Source: an uncultured Acidobacteriota bacterium (GTDB lineage: Bacteria; Acidobacteriota; Terriglobia; Acidiferrales; UBA7541). From it: 64,000 bases of DNA. The notes under the pieces are model-generated. The model was not told the origin of the DNA and did not search any database. It saw nothing but the letters and a program-made list of their open reading frames with translations. Each line of letters opens with the position of its first letter. Within the stretch, counting starts at the first letter, position 1. Location of the stretch: contig CAWKOM010000007.1 of the NCBI GenBank assembly GCA_963851235.1, positions 109,429 to 173,428 on the forward strand, given 5' to 3'. Of the stretch, positions 1 to 9,636 are shown in pieces. The position numbers and the translations under genes are program-made.

Positions 1-81
1 GGCAAAGCCCACACCGAGATTCGTTACCAAACCGAGCTTCATCCCATACGTGCATCTGATTACCATCGAGATTGATTGCTT

Positions 82-3060
82 CTACTGAACCATGAGGGTG
101 ACAGTGGTTGAGTGGGTGATAGCGTTTGCCCCGGTTCCCGCTGTCCCCGTCAGCGTCAGCGTGTAACTCCCCGGCGGCGTCCCACTGTGCCCTCCCCCAC
201 TCCCTTTACTCTCCGCTATCCCCGCGCATCCTGACCCCACCAGCATCACTCCCAAGGCCGCTACTCCTACCGCCGCTCGCACCCGCTCCTTCTTCCCCAA
301 TATCCCCGCCAGCATCAACAGCACGAATACCGTCACTACCCGTAGCAGCTCGGCTCCCCCCCTCGGCGGTACTACCCACTGCGGCCCTTGCTCAGGAACT
401 CCCATCGTATACGCTGTCGTCGTCACCTTCACATTCGCCGACACCATTCCCGTCCCCGTGGGCGTCAGCGACCCCGGATTCACCGTGCAACTCGCCGCCT
501 GCGGCGCTCCCTGGCAGCTCAAGCTCACCGCTTGATTAAACCCGCCGCTCGAACTCACGCTCACTGTTAGGCTGCCTGTCTGCCCCGACGTCACCGCCAA
601 GGAACTCGGTGAACTGGAAAGCGTGAAATCCCCTCCGCTTGCCGCCGCTCCCGTACCCGTCAGGCTCACCGTCTGTGGACCGCCCGTGGCGTTGTCACTG
701 ATCGTTAGCGTCCCCGTCCGCGTCCCCGCCCCTGTCGGCTTAAACGTCACACTGATCCCGCAACTCCCTCCTCCCGCCACCGTGCTTCCACACGTGTTCG
801 TCTCCAGAAAATCGCCGCTATTCGCGCCCGTGACCGCAATGCTGCTGATCGTCAGCGCGGCACTCCCCGTGTTGCTCAGCGTTACCGCCTGCGCTCCGCT
901 CGTCGTCCCCACCGTCTGGCTCGCATACGTCAGCGTCCCCGGCGATGCACTCGCCGTCGTCGTCCCCGCTGCTCCCGTACCCGTCAGGCTCACCGTCTGT
1001 GGACCGCCCGTGGCGTTGTCACTGATCGTTAGCGTCCCCGTCCGCGTCCCCGCCCCTGTCGGCTTAAACGTCACACTGATCCCGCAACTCCCTCCTCCCG
1101 CCACCGTGTTTCCACACGTGTTCGTCTCCAGAAAATCGCCGCTATTCGCGCCCGTGACCGCAATGCTGCTGATCGTCAGCGCGGCACTCCCCGTGTTGCT
1201 CAGCGTTACCGCCTGCGCTCCGCTCGTCGTCCCCACCGTCTGGCTCGCATACGTCAGCGTCCCCGGCGATGCACTCGCCGTCGTCGTCCCCGCTGCTCCT
1301 GTACCCGTCAGGCTCACCGTCTGCGGACCGCCCGTGGCGTTGTCACTGATCGTTAGCGTCCCCGTCCGCGTCCCCGCCCCTGTCGGCTTAAACGTCACAC
1401 TGATCCCGCAACTCCCTCCTGCCGCCACCGTGCTTCCACACGTGTTCGTCTCCAGAAAATCACCGCTATTCGCGCCCGTGACCGCAATGCTGCTGATCGT
1501 CAGCGCGGCACTCCCCGTGTTGCTCAGCGTTACCGCCTGCGCTCCGCTCGTCGTCCCCACCGTCTGGCTCGCATACGTCAGCGTCCCCGGCGATGCACTC
1601 GCCGTCGTCGTCCCCGCTGCTCCCGTACCCGTCAAGCCTACTGTCTGCGGGCTACTCGGATCACTGTCCGTAATCGTTACTGAGGCTGTGCGCGTCCCCG
1701 TCGCCGTCGGCGTAAAGGTCACACTAATGGCGCAATTCCCTCCCGCCGCCACGGAGCTTCCACACGTGTTCGTCTCCAGAAAATCACCGCTATTCGCGCC
1801 CGTGACCGCAATGCCAGTGACCGATAGTGCGGAACTCCCGTTGTTGCTTAGCGTCACCGTCTGTGCGCTGCTCGTCGTCCCCACTGTCTGGCTCACAAAA
1901 GTCAAGCTACTGCTCGTCAAACTGACATTCGAAGCACCCAACGCAACATAACCGCCTTGATTTCTCGATAATGGGCTGAAGGACGGCACTCCATTCGTGA
2001 AATCGACTTCATTCCAGATGCGGGTGCCAGCCAGGGCGGACATATTGGCGACAATCGTGTGAGTTGAAGTGTCAATCACATCGCCACAATTGCCCACAAA
2101 TACGAATCTGCCGTCTCTGCTGTGTTGCAGCCAGCCTTCGTTAGCTAACGTGCAACTGAGCGGGATATCGGCGACATCGACCGGCGGGGAATTGGGGAGC
2201 CCCGTTACATCAAAAACATGGACATGGTTGTAAGGAAGATCAATAAGATAAAGTTCCTTTTCGTCGGGGGACAAGGAAACGCCATGGCTGACGCCACTGA
2301 TGTTATTGAATGACCCGCTCGTCCAGCAAAAACCTGGAGGGCAAACCCAATACGGAAGCTGTCCTGTATTTATGTCTCCAACGTAAAAACCGACCTTTCC
2401 TGATGTGGTAATGAATGCGAAGGTTTCTTCAGAGTTGATCGTGAACGGGCGAACTCCGCCAGAGACAGGACCGATGTTGCGTATCACTGAAAGCGAACTG
2501 GTATCTCCGAGCACCAAATTATTCGTGTACCGCGGCCCCATGTAAACATGTGCGCCGTTCAGGCTGGTTATCGTGTTGTGAGGGCCTCCTCCACCACTAT
2601 TTATCTGTCCTAGGACGCTACCTGTGTTAGCGTCTATGACTTCCCAAATTCCTTGCGTATAGGCGCCTTCACCGGTCGGCATGTAAATCCTTTGGCCATC
2701 CGGGCTAATGGACATGCTATCCACGCCGAATGAATAGGTTTGGGTCCAAATCACTGAGTCGAGGGTTAAATCGTACTTCAGCATCGAGCCGCCGGTGGTA
2801 TCGCCCCCGTAGCTGACGTAAAGCATGCCAGTTGCGCCGCTAGCCACCGCCCCACGAATTCCGATGGCTCCCTGAGTATGAGTGGCCGGCAAAAGAACGT
2901 CTTTCACTAGGGCAAAATTATTATCCATGTCGTAGACGACGACATGGCCCGGGGGAAAAACGTAAACATAGTGACTGACGGCGGCAGGAGCCGCGCCCGT
3001 GGAGATCCAGAAGAACATCAGCATGCAACTTGCAAACACAATCAAGAGGCGCTTGTACAT
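82..3060 (-). CDS. Large secreted surface protein: N-terminal YncE-like beta-propeller, four ASH/choice-of-anchor-D Ig-like repeats, C-terminal hydrophobic hairpin plus small Ig domain
   Basis: ORF 82..3099; start moved to ATG 3060 (MYKRLLIVF...) preceded by AAGGA and giving a signal peptide. Propeller-type motifs (ISPDGQRIY, LSPDEKELY, SRDGRFVF); repeats SQTVGTTS...VTLSN.G...DFLETNTCG...ISVTF.PT...L.GTG. Confidence 0.85.
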   Translation of the reverse strand: MYKRLLIVFASCMLMFFWISTGAAPAAVSHYVYVFPPGHVVVYDMDNNFALVKDVLLPATHTQGAIGIRGAVASGATGMLYVSYGGDTTGGSMLKYDLTLDSVIWTQTYSFGVDSMSISPDGQRIYMPTGEGAYTQGIWEVIDANTGSVLGQINSGGGGPHNTITSLNGAHVYMGPRYTNNLVLGDTSSLSVIRNIGPVSGGVRPFTINSEETFAFITTSGKVGFYVGDINTGQLPYWVCPPGFCWTSGSFNNISGVSHGVSLSPDEKELYLIDLPYNHVHVFDVTGLPNSPPVDVADIPLSCTLANEGWLQHSRDGRFVFVGNCGDVIDTSTHTIVANMSALAGTRIWNEVDFTNGVPSFSPLSRNQGGYVALGASNVSLTSSSLTFVSQTVGTTSSAQTVTLSNNGSSALSVTGIAVTGANSGDFLETNTCGSSVAAGGNCAISVTFTPTATGTRTASVTITDSDPSSPQTVGLTGTGAAGTTTASASPGTLTYASQTVGTTSGAQAVTLSNTGSAALTISSIAVTGANSGDFLETNTCGSTVAAGGSCGISVTFKPTGAGTRTGTLTISDNATGGPQTVSLTGTGAAGTTTASASPGTLTYASQTVGTTSGAQAVTLSNTGSAALTISSIAVTGANSGDFLETNTCGNTVAGGGSCGISVTFKPTGAGTRTGTLTISDNATGGPQTVSLTGTGAAGTTTASASPGTLTYASQTVGTTSGAQAVTLSNTGSAALTISSIAVTGANSGDFLETNTCGSTVAGGGSCGISVTFKPTGAGTRTGTLTISDNATGGPQTVSLTGTGAAASGGDFTLSSSPSSLAVTSGQTGSLTVSVSSSGGFNQAVSLSCQGAPQAASCTVNPGSLTPTGTGMVSANVKVTTTAYTMGVPEQGPQWVVPPRGGAELLRVVTVFVLLMLAGILGKKERVRAAVGVAALGVMLVGSGCAGIAESKGSGGGHSGTPPGSYTLTLTGTAGTGANAITHSTTVTLMVQ
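647..1906. repeat. Intragenic tandem repeat: three near-identical 324-bp (108-aa) units (647-970, 971-1294, 1295-1618) plus one diverged unit
   Basis: Marker gctcc(c/t)gtacccgtc recurs at 647, 971, 1295, 1619. Confidence 0.95.
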
Positions 3061-3266
3061 GGGCGTTTCCTTCGGCTCAGCGAACAACGGGAACCTCATT
3101 TAAGTCATAAGACATATTCATTCCTTGAACGGATCGCCGTGAAGTTAATTTTAGAGCAGTCCAAAAAAACGATAACGCCGGCACTCCGGTACGTGCATTC
3201 CGGATTGGGAACCCCGCCGCTCCTAATAGTCCGAATCAAAATGTAGGCCCATGATGTGGGCTAAAC

Positions 3267-6200
3267 TTAATTGACGGTGAGGGTGACAGTGGTTGAGTGG
3301 GTGATAGCGTTTGCCCCGGTTCCCGCTGTCCCCGTCAGCGTCAGCGTGTAACTCCCCGGCGGCGTCCCACTGTGCCCTCCCCCACTCCCTTTACTCTCCG
3401 CTATCCCCGCGCATCCTGACCCCACCAGCATCACTCCCAAGGCCGCTACTCCTACCGCCGCTCGCACCCGCTCCTTCTTCCCCAATATCCCCGCCAGCAT
3501 CAACAGCACGAATACCGTCACTACCCGTAGCAGCTCGGCTCCCCCCCTCGGCGGTACTACCCACTGCGGCCCTTGCTCAGGAACTCCCATCGTATACGCT
3601 GTCGTCGTCACCTTCACATTCGCCGACACCATTCCCGTCCCCGTGGGCGTCAGCGACCCCGGATTCACCGTGCAACTCGCCGCCTGCGGCGCTCCCTGGC
3701 AGCTCAAGCTCACCGCTTGATTAAACCCGCCGCTCGAACTCACGCTCACTGTTAGGCTGCCTGTCTGCCCCGACGTCACCGCCAAGGAACTCGGTGAACT
3801 GGAAAGCGTGAAATCCCCTCCGCTTGCCGCCGCTCCCGTACCCGTCAGGCTCACCGTCTGTGGACCGCCCGTGGCGTTGTCACTGATCGTTAGCGTCCCC
3901 GTCCGCGTCCCCGCCCCTGTCGGCTTAAACGTCACACTGATCCCGCAACTCCCTCCTCCCGCCACCGTGCTTCCACACGTGTTCGTCTCCAGAAAATCGC
4001 CGCTATTCGCGCCCGTGACCGCAATGCTGCTGATCGTCAGCGCGGCACTCCCCGTGTTGCTCAGCGTTACCGCCTGCGCTCCGCTCGTCGTCCCCACCGT
4101 CTGGCTCGCATACGTCAGCGTCCCCGGCGATGCACTCGCCGTCGTCGTCCCCGCTGCTCCCGTACCCGTCAGGCTCACCGTCTGTGGACCGCCCGTGGCG
4201 TTGTCACTGATCGTTAGCGTCCCCGTCCGCGTCCCCGCCCCTGTCGGCTTAAACGTCACACTGATCCCGCAACTCCCTCCTCCCGCCACCGTGTTTCCAC
4301 ACGTGTTCGTCTCCAGAAAATCGCCGCTATTCGCGCCCGTGACCGCAATGCTGCTGATCGTCAGCGCGGCACTCCCCGTGTTGCTCAGCGTTACCGCCTG
4401 CGCTCCGCTCGTCGTCCCCACCGTCTGGCTCGCATACGTCAGCGTCCCCGGCGATGCACTCGCCGTCGTCGTCCCCGCTGCTCCCGTACCCGTCAGGCTC
4501 ACCGTCTGCGGACCGCCCGTGGCGTTGTCACTGATCGTTAGCGTCCCCGTCCGCGTCCCCGCCCCTGTCGGCTTAAACGTCACACTGATCCCGCAACTCC
4601 CTCCTCCCGCCACCGTGTTTCCACACGTGTTCGTCTCCAGAAAATCACCGCTATTCGCGCCCGTGACCGCAATGCTGCTGATCGTCAGCGCGGCACTCCC
4701 CGTGTTGCTCAGCGTTACCGCCTGCGCTCCGCTCGTCGTCCCCACCGTCTGGCTCGCATACGTCAGCGTCCCCGGCGATGCACTCGCCGTCGTCGTCCCC
4801 GCTGCTCCCGTACCCGTCAGGCTCACCGTCTGTGGACCGCCCGTGGCGTTGTCACTGATCGTTAGCGTCCCCGTCCGCGTCCCCGCCCCTGTCGGCTTAA
4901 ACGTCACACTGATCCCGCAACTCCCTCCTCCCGCCACCGTGTTTCCACACGTGTTCGTCTCCAGAAAATCACCGCTATTCGCGCCCGTGACCGCAATGCT
5001 GCTGATCGTCAGCGCGGCACTCCCCGTGTTGCTCAGCGTCACCGCCTGCGCTCCGCTCGTCGTCCCCACCGTCTGGCTCGCATACGTCAGCGTCCCCGGC
5101 GATGCACTCGCCGTCGTCGTCCCCGCTGCTCCTGTACCCGTCAGGCTCACCGTCTGCGGACCGCCCGTGGCGTTGTCACTGATCGTTAGCGTCCCCGTCC
5201 GTGTCCCCGCCCCTGTCGGCTTGAACGTCACACTGATCCCGCAACTCCCTCCTGCCGCCACCGTGCTTCCACACGTGTTCGTCTCCAGAAAATCACCGCT
5301 ATTCGCGCCCGTGACCGCAATGCTGCTGATCGTCAGCGCGGCACTCCCCGTGTTGCTCAGCGTTACCGCCTGCGCTCCGCTCGTCGTCCCCACCGTCTGG
5401 CTCGCATACGTCAGCGTCCCCGGCGATGCACTCGCCGTCGTCGTCCCCGCTGCTCCCGTACCCGTCAAGCCTACTGTCTGCGGGCTACTCGGATCACTGT
5501 CCGTAATCGTTACTGAGGCTGTGCGCGTCCCCGTCGCCGTCGGCGTAAAGGTCACACTAATGGCGCAATTCCCTCCCGCCGCCACGGAGCTTCCACACGT
5601 GTTCGTCTCCAGAAAATCACCGCTATTCGCGCCCGTGACCGCAATGCCAGTGACCGATAGTGCGGAACTCCCGTTGTTGCTTAGCGTCACCGTCTGTGCG
5701 CTGCTCGTCGTCCCCACTGTCTGGCTCACAAAAGTCAAGGTCGAAGGGGAAAGGGTTACGGCTGGAGTCTGGGAGCCGCCCACGTAACCTACTCCGCTAC
5801 GAGACAGCGGAGCAAAGACAGGCACACCATTTTGAAAATCGATTTCCGTAAATTTTTCGGTTTGGCCCAGCGCTGGAATATAGCCGACCACTTGATGAGT
5901 CGTAGTATCGATGACATCTCCGCTGCCCCCTACGAGCACATAACGACCGTCTCGCGTGTGAGTGGGCCAACCAGTCGTGGCAAACGGATGGGCAAGAGGT
6001 ATATCCGCAACAAGGGAAGGGGCTGTACCAGGCAGGCCGGAAACATCGTAGACATGCATATAGTTATTGTAGATGTCGGTAACGTAAATCTCCTTATCGT
6101 CGGGGGAAAGCGTAATTCCGTGGCTGCAAGGTTGGCCCGGATGCGCCGCACAGGCCGCGGCAAAACTTCCTCCAACAGGAACCGAGTAAAGAATTGTCCC

Positions 6201-7007
6201 AGTAGCAATATCTCCAACCTGAAAACCCAGAAAATCAGTCGAAGTTGTAAAAGAAAAAGTTTGTGTGCTATCGATCGTGAAGGGCCGAATGCTCGAATTC
6301 TGTGTCGGGCCAACCTTTTGAAGGATGGCCTGCGTGGCAGTGCCGGCTTCCGCCAAATAGGCGCCATGGGTCGAGCCCATAAAAACGTGGGTTCCATCAT
6401 TACTCACAATGGTGTTGTGAGAACCAGTCTGACCGCTATCTATTGTGCCAACCACGCTGCCGGTGCTGGTATCGATGATGTCCCAAAGCGAGCTGCCACT
6501 GTTTTCTCCCAAGGGCATATAAATGGTCTTTCCATCCGGGGTGATGGAGTGGCTGTCGATGCCCGTTGAATACTCGACATCCCAGACCAGTTGGTTTGTC
6601 AAAAAGTTGTACTTAGCGAGATATCCTCCCTTTCCCCCACAGATAGTTGGTCCGGGCAGATAGTAGCACCCATGGCTGATATACAGCATTCCTGCCGAGG
6701 CATCGGCAACAAGTCCGCGGACATCCACTCCGGTATAGGCGGTCGGAATATTAAGTTGTGTCACCAGGGCAAAGGAATTATCGAGATCGTAGACGTACAG
6801 AATGCTGGGTCCATCTTTGTCCACAGCATAGAGCATGTGGTGGACGGCAGACTGTGCAAGCGTGCTGGACGCTGAAACACAAATTACGAGTGCAGAACAA
6901 AAGAGAAAGACTAGCAAGCCCTTGCGGAGCTTAAGTGCCGGCCAGTTCGTCTGCACTGAAATGACTTTGCCGAGATTTGGCCTGGGAGAGGGGTAGTTAG
7001 CAAACAT
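3267..7007 (-). CDS. Paralogous secreted surface protein: beta-propeller, six ASH/choice-of-anchor-D repeats, same C-terminal tail
   Basis: 1246-aa ORF; hydrophobic signal region (GLLVFLFCSALVICVSASSTLA); propeller motifs homologous to 82..3060; stalk and tail near-identical to it at DNA level. Confidence 0.85.
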   Translation of the reverse strand: MFANYPSPRPNLGKVISVQTNWPALKLRKGLLVFLFCSALVICVSASSTLAQSAVHHMLYAVDKDGPSILYVYDLDNSFALVTQLNIPTAYTGVDVRGLVADASAGMLYISHGCYYLPGPTICGGKGGYLAKYNFLTNQLVWDVEYSTGIDSHSITPDGKTIYMPLGENSGSSLWDIIDTSTGSVVGTIDSGQTGSHNTIVSNDGTHVFMGSTHGAYLAEAGTATQAILQKVGPTQNSSIRPFTIDSTQTFSFTTSTDFLGFQVGDIATGTILYSVPVGGSFAAACAAHPGQPCSHGITLSPDDKEIYVTDIYNNYMHVYDVSGLPGTAPSLVADIPLAHPFATTGWPTHTRDGRYVLVGGSGDVIDTTTHQVVGYIPALGQTEKFTEIDFQNGVPVFAPLSRSGVGYVGGSQTPAVTLSPSTLTFVSQTVGTTSSAQTVTLSNNGSSALSVTGIAVTGANSGDFLETNTCGSSVAAGGNCAISVTFTPTATGTRTASVTITDSDPSSPQTVGLTGTGAAGTTTASASPGTLTYASQTVGTTSGAQAVTLSNTGSAALTISSIAVTGANSGDFLETNTCGSTVAAGGSCGISVTFKPTGAGTRTGTLTISDNATGGPQTVSLTGTGAAGTTTASASPGTLTYASQTVGTTSGAQAVTLSNTGSAALTISSIAVTGANSGDFLETNTCGNTVAGGGSCGISVTFKPTGAGTRTGTLTISDNATGGPQTVSLTGTGAAGTTTASASPGTLTYASQTVGTTSGAQAVTLSNTGSAALTISSIAVTGANSGDFLETNTCGNTVAGGGSCGISVTFKPTGAGTRTGTLTISDNATGGPQTVSLTGTGAAGTTTASASPGTLTYASQTVGTTSGAQAVTLSNTGSAALTISSIAVTGANSGDFLETNTCGNTVAGGGSCGISVTFKPTGAGTRTGTLTISDNATGGPQTVSLTGTGAAGTTTASASPGTLTYASQTVGTTSGAQAVTLSNTGSAALTISSIAVTGANSGDFLETNTCGSTVAGGGSCGISVTFKPTGAGTRTGTLTISDNATGGPQTVSLTGTGAAASGGDFTLSSSPSSLAVTSGQTGSLTVSVSSSGGFNQAVSLSCQGAPQAASCTVNPGSLTPTGTGMVSANVKVTTTAYTMGVPEQGPQWVVPPRGGAELLRVVTVFVLLMLAGILGKKERVRAAVGVAALGVMLVGSGCAGIAESKGSGGGHSGTPPGSYTLTLTGTAGTGANAITHSTTVTLTVN
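3832..5739. repeat. Intragenic tandem repeat: five near-identical 324-bp units plus one diverged unit
   Basis: Marker recurs every 324 bp from 3832 to 5452. Identity with the first gene runs from 3278 (=93+3185) to 5739 (=1906+3833), an offset gain of exactly 648 bp. Confidence 0.95.
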
Positions 7008-7456
7008 TGGATGACTCTTTCCTTAGACGAGGATTATGCCTAGAGCCTTTTGCAAACTGTGAACGGCGCCGCCCTACTAAGCGAAATTCAGACACAAGTG
7101 AGAATGTGAGCAGGGCAGCCGCGTATCGCTTATCCGGCGTTCCAGAGGGAGGGAATTTGAACGCCGGGAAATTGTGGCTTACGAGGACGGAGCCCTCGGT
7201 CGGACCGAAAAGATCTCTTGACCGATGGCCAATCCGAGTAACCGTGAAAGAGCATATCACCCAGGACGCGGGTCTCGTCAAATCCTTCCGGGTGCCTTGC
7301 GCTCAATGGGTTAACTCGCGCTGCTATTGGAGTGTGGAAGTTGAAAGATGACCTCTCGGATGGTAGTTTTGGATCGTACGAGAATCGAGTTCACCGAAGG
7401 CAGTATGAGGTCGCTAAATTATTGAGAACTTTGACTTTGAAGACTTGCGTGGGGCA

Positions 7457-7462
7457 TATAAT
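7457..7462 (+). promoter_or_regulatory. Possible sigma70 -10 element for 7516 gene
   Basis: Perfect TATAAT in an AT-rich intergenic stretch; no -35 at canonical spacing (TTGACT is 20 nt away). Confidence 0.3.
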
Positions 7463-7515
7463 TTGAATTCTGAGCGATTCAGACAAGTTCTTGAAAGGGC
7501 GCCAGTCAAATACTC

Positions 7516-9414
7516 TTGAAAATATCCAACCGAAAGAGGCTCCTCGACTTTCTCATCAATCTACTCATTATTGTGGGGTGCTCTGCCGGAGCTTTGGGCG
7601 GCCTCCGGGCATCCGCTTCCTGGCGAAGTCCGTCGAATCCGTTCATTTTGACCCAATGGGGCGAGGAAAGATCCGGGACCATTATCCGAGCCTCTTCGGA
7701 AGAGATTCCGGTGCCTGTCTCTGCAGCTCCTCCCGCTCGCGGAGCGTACCACCTGACTTCCTGCGGCGTTTTAAGTAAAGCCAATGCAAGCTACGTGCTC
7801 GACAAGGACCTGACTTCACCCGGAACGTGTATCAGTATTCAATCTGATGGGATCACATTAGATTTGAACGGACACACCATTACATACGCTACAGAGCCTG
7901 AGACAGCGCCGCGACACGGCATACTCGCGGAAGCTTGCTGGGATACAAGTTTGGCTGGAAATCCATGTGGGGGTTCAGCCGACCGTTTGACTGTCATCAA
8001 TGGGACCATCACCCAGGGGAACGGCGCGGCGCCTTATTCGCACGCCATCCAGATTGGGCAGATCAATGGCGCCAACCATTTGGTCGTGCACGATGTGGTC
8101 TTCAACATCGGCGCGACCTCCTCGATTCCCGTTTTTACCACGTTCTCCGGTTCTGGATCTTCAATCTACAAGAACACTATCCACAACAACGTTACAGTGA
8201 TTCTAAACAGGCACCAAATTCAGGGAGCCTCGATCAAATTCCAGAACACGCAAGGCAGTGGACCGGGCCAGACCATTCATGACAATAAAATCGTGGGAGG
8301 ACCTCAGGGCGGCATCTTCTCGTCATCGCCAGGAACTCAATTTTTCGGCAATACGATTGACTTGAATGGACGCTACTCGAACGATTTCGGGATCTACGCA
8401 TGGGGAACTAACGACCAGGCATACAACAACACCATTGAGCCTGTCAGTGGACGGGGGATTCAGATTGCTGGGGGTGCCGTAAATGCGGGAGGACCAGGAG
8501 CCGGGGCGCGTTCGGTAATGGTTCACGACAATAAGATCTCGGTCATCGAGCTACAGCAAAATTGCGATTACAGCGCAGGGGGAACGGCTTGCAACGTTTG
8601 CGAATTGGCTGGCGCGTTCGGCATTCAGTTCGATGATGGTCCGTCTGACGGCTCGGCATTTAACAACTCCGTTGAAGCTAAAGCTGATCAATGCGACGCC
8701 CAGGCCCTGCGACTGACCGATATTGGAACGGGAAACTCCTCGCACGACAATAACTTCACTGCGGAACGAACGGGTAAGGGCCCGGGGAAAGCTTGGGCAA
8801 TAGGGACCGGAGGGGCGCCACATCGTTTCATTGCCACAAACGATACGTTTGTGGCAGATTCAGCCGTATTTCATGCCGATTGGGAGGGAATGCCCGGCGG
8901 CTTTCTTTGCATCCATTGCACTCTCAGAAAGGGAGGGAATCCCAGCCCGGACTTTGTGACCTTCTCTTTTGAGAACGGACGGAACCCGGTGGTCGGACTG
9001 CATTTTCAGGACACTATTTTCGAGGGTGGCGCTGTTAAGGAATCGACGGACATGCGGTCGATTGGCTCGAGTAGGCAATACTCAGAGTATTTTATAGATT
9101 GGACCTATTCCTTGGAAGTGCAAGACGCTCAGGGGAAGCCAGTGCCCGGAGCAGCAATTAGCGTCAAAGACGCGACAGACAATACCGTCTACAGAGGGAT
9201 CTCGGACGACAAAGGGCAGATATCTGTCGTTTTAAACGAGTTCAAAAAATTCAATACCAACTGGACCGTGAAAAAGGAAATGCACACACCGCATACGATT
9301 TACATTTCGAATCCATCTTGCGAGCAAAAAGAGAACACCCTTAAAGTGATAATCGATCATCCCACCCACCAGACCTACGTTCTGGAATGTTCGGGAAATA
9401 ATAAACTCCGTTAG
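7516..9414 (+). CDS. Secreted or membrane-anchored right-handed parallel beta-helix protein with C-terminal carboxypeptidase-regulatory-like Ig domain
   Basis: 632-aa ORF (TTG start, uncertain); N-terminal hydrophobic segment; TLDLNGHTITY motif and Asn/Ile-rich repeats typical of PbH1 beta-helices; tail LEVQDAQGKPVPGAAISV. Confidence 0.75.
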   Translation: MKISNRKRLLDFLINLLIIVGCSAGALGGLRASASWRSPSNPFILTQWGEERSGTIIRASSEEIPVPVSAAPPARGAYHLTSCGVLSKANASYVLDKDLTSPGTCISIQSDGITLDLNGHTITYATEPETAPRHGILAEACWDTSLAGNPCGGSADRLTVINGTITQGNGAAPYSHAIQIGQINGANHLVVHDVVFNIGATSSIPVFTTFSGSGSSIYKNTIHNNVTVILNRHQIQGASIKFQNTQGSGPGQTIHDNKIVGGPQGGIFSSSPGTQFFGNTIDLNGRYSNDFGIYAWGTNDQAYNNTIEPVSGRGIQIAGGAVNAGGPGAGARSVMVHDNKISVIELQQNCDYSAGGTACNVCELAGAFGIQFDDGPSDGSAFNNSVEAKADQCDAQALRLTDIGTGNSSHDNNFTAERTGKGPGKAWAIGTGGAPHRFIATNDTFVADSAVFHADWEGMPGGFLCIHCTLRKGGNPSPDFVTFSFENGRNPVVGLHFQDTIFEGGAVKESTDMRSIGSSRQYSEYFIDWTYSLEVQDAQGKPVPGAAISVKDATDNTVYRGISDDKGQISVVLNEFKKFNTNWTVKKEMHTPHTIYISNPSCEQKENTLKVIIDHPTHQTYVLECSGNNKLR

Positions 9415-9636
9415 TACAAAAACCTTCGCAAAACTTCGCCACGAACAACTGCCCCCCAATAGCAGGCCTAGAGCCACCTACTGCCCATTTACTAGCTCCG
9501 ACGCACAGCACGATAGCGTTCACTGGCCAGTGGTGTAACCCGAGTACAGTCCTCACCGGGGGACTAAATCTGTCCTGCGGACCAATTGTGTGTCTCAATC
9601 GAGAGCGCGAGACTCAAGGTGGGTGGAGGATGCTGA

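Noticed and set aside
388-399. VPEQ as a canonical PEP-CTERM signal
   Set aside because: About 18 residues separate it from the TM helix and the protein continues about 80 residues past the basic cluster.
647-5739. Regular repeats as a CRISPR array or mobile element
   Set aside because: Units are 324 bp, in frame, without unique spacers; no cas or transposase gene.
623-5787. Long + strand ORFs 623..1951 and 3808..5787 (also 126..539, 3311..3724)
   Set aside because: Antisense shadows of the Thr/Gly/Ser-rich repeat genes; Val/Pro-rich mirror translation, no independent signals.
7453-7467. sigma54 promoter GGCATATAATTTGA
   Set aside because: Invariant -12 GC is GA; the embedded TATAAT fits sigma70 better.
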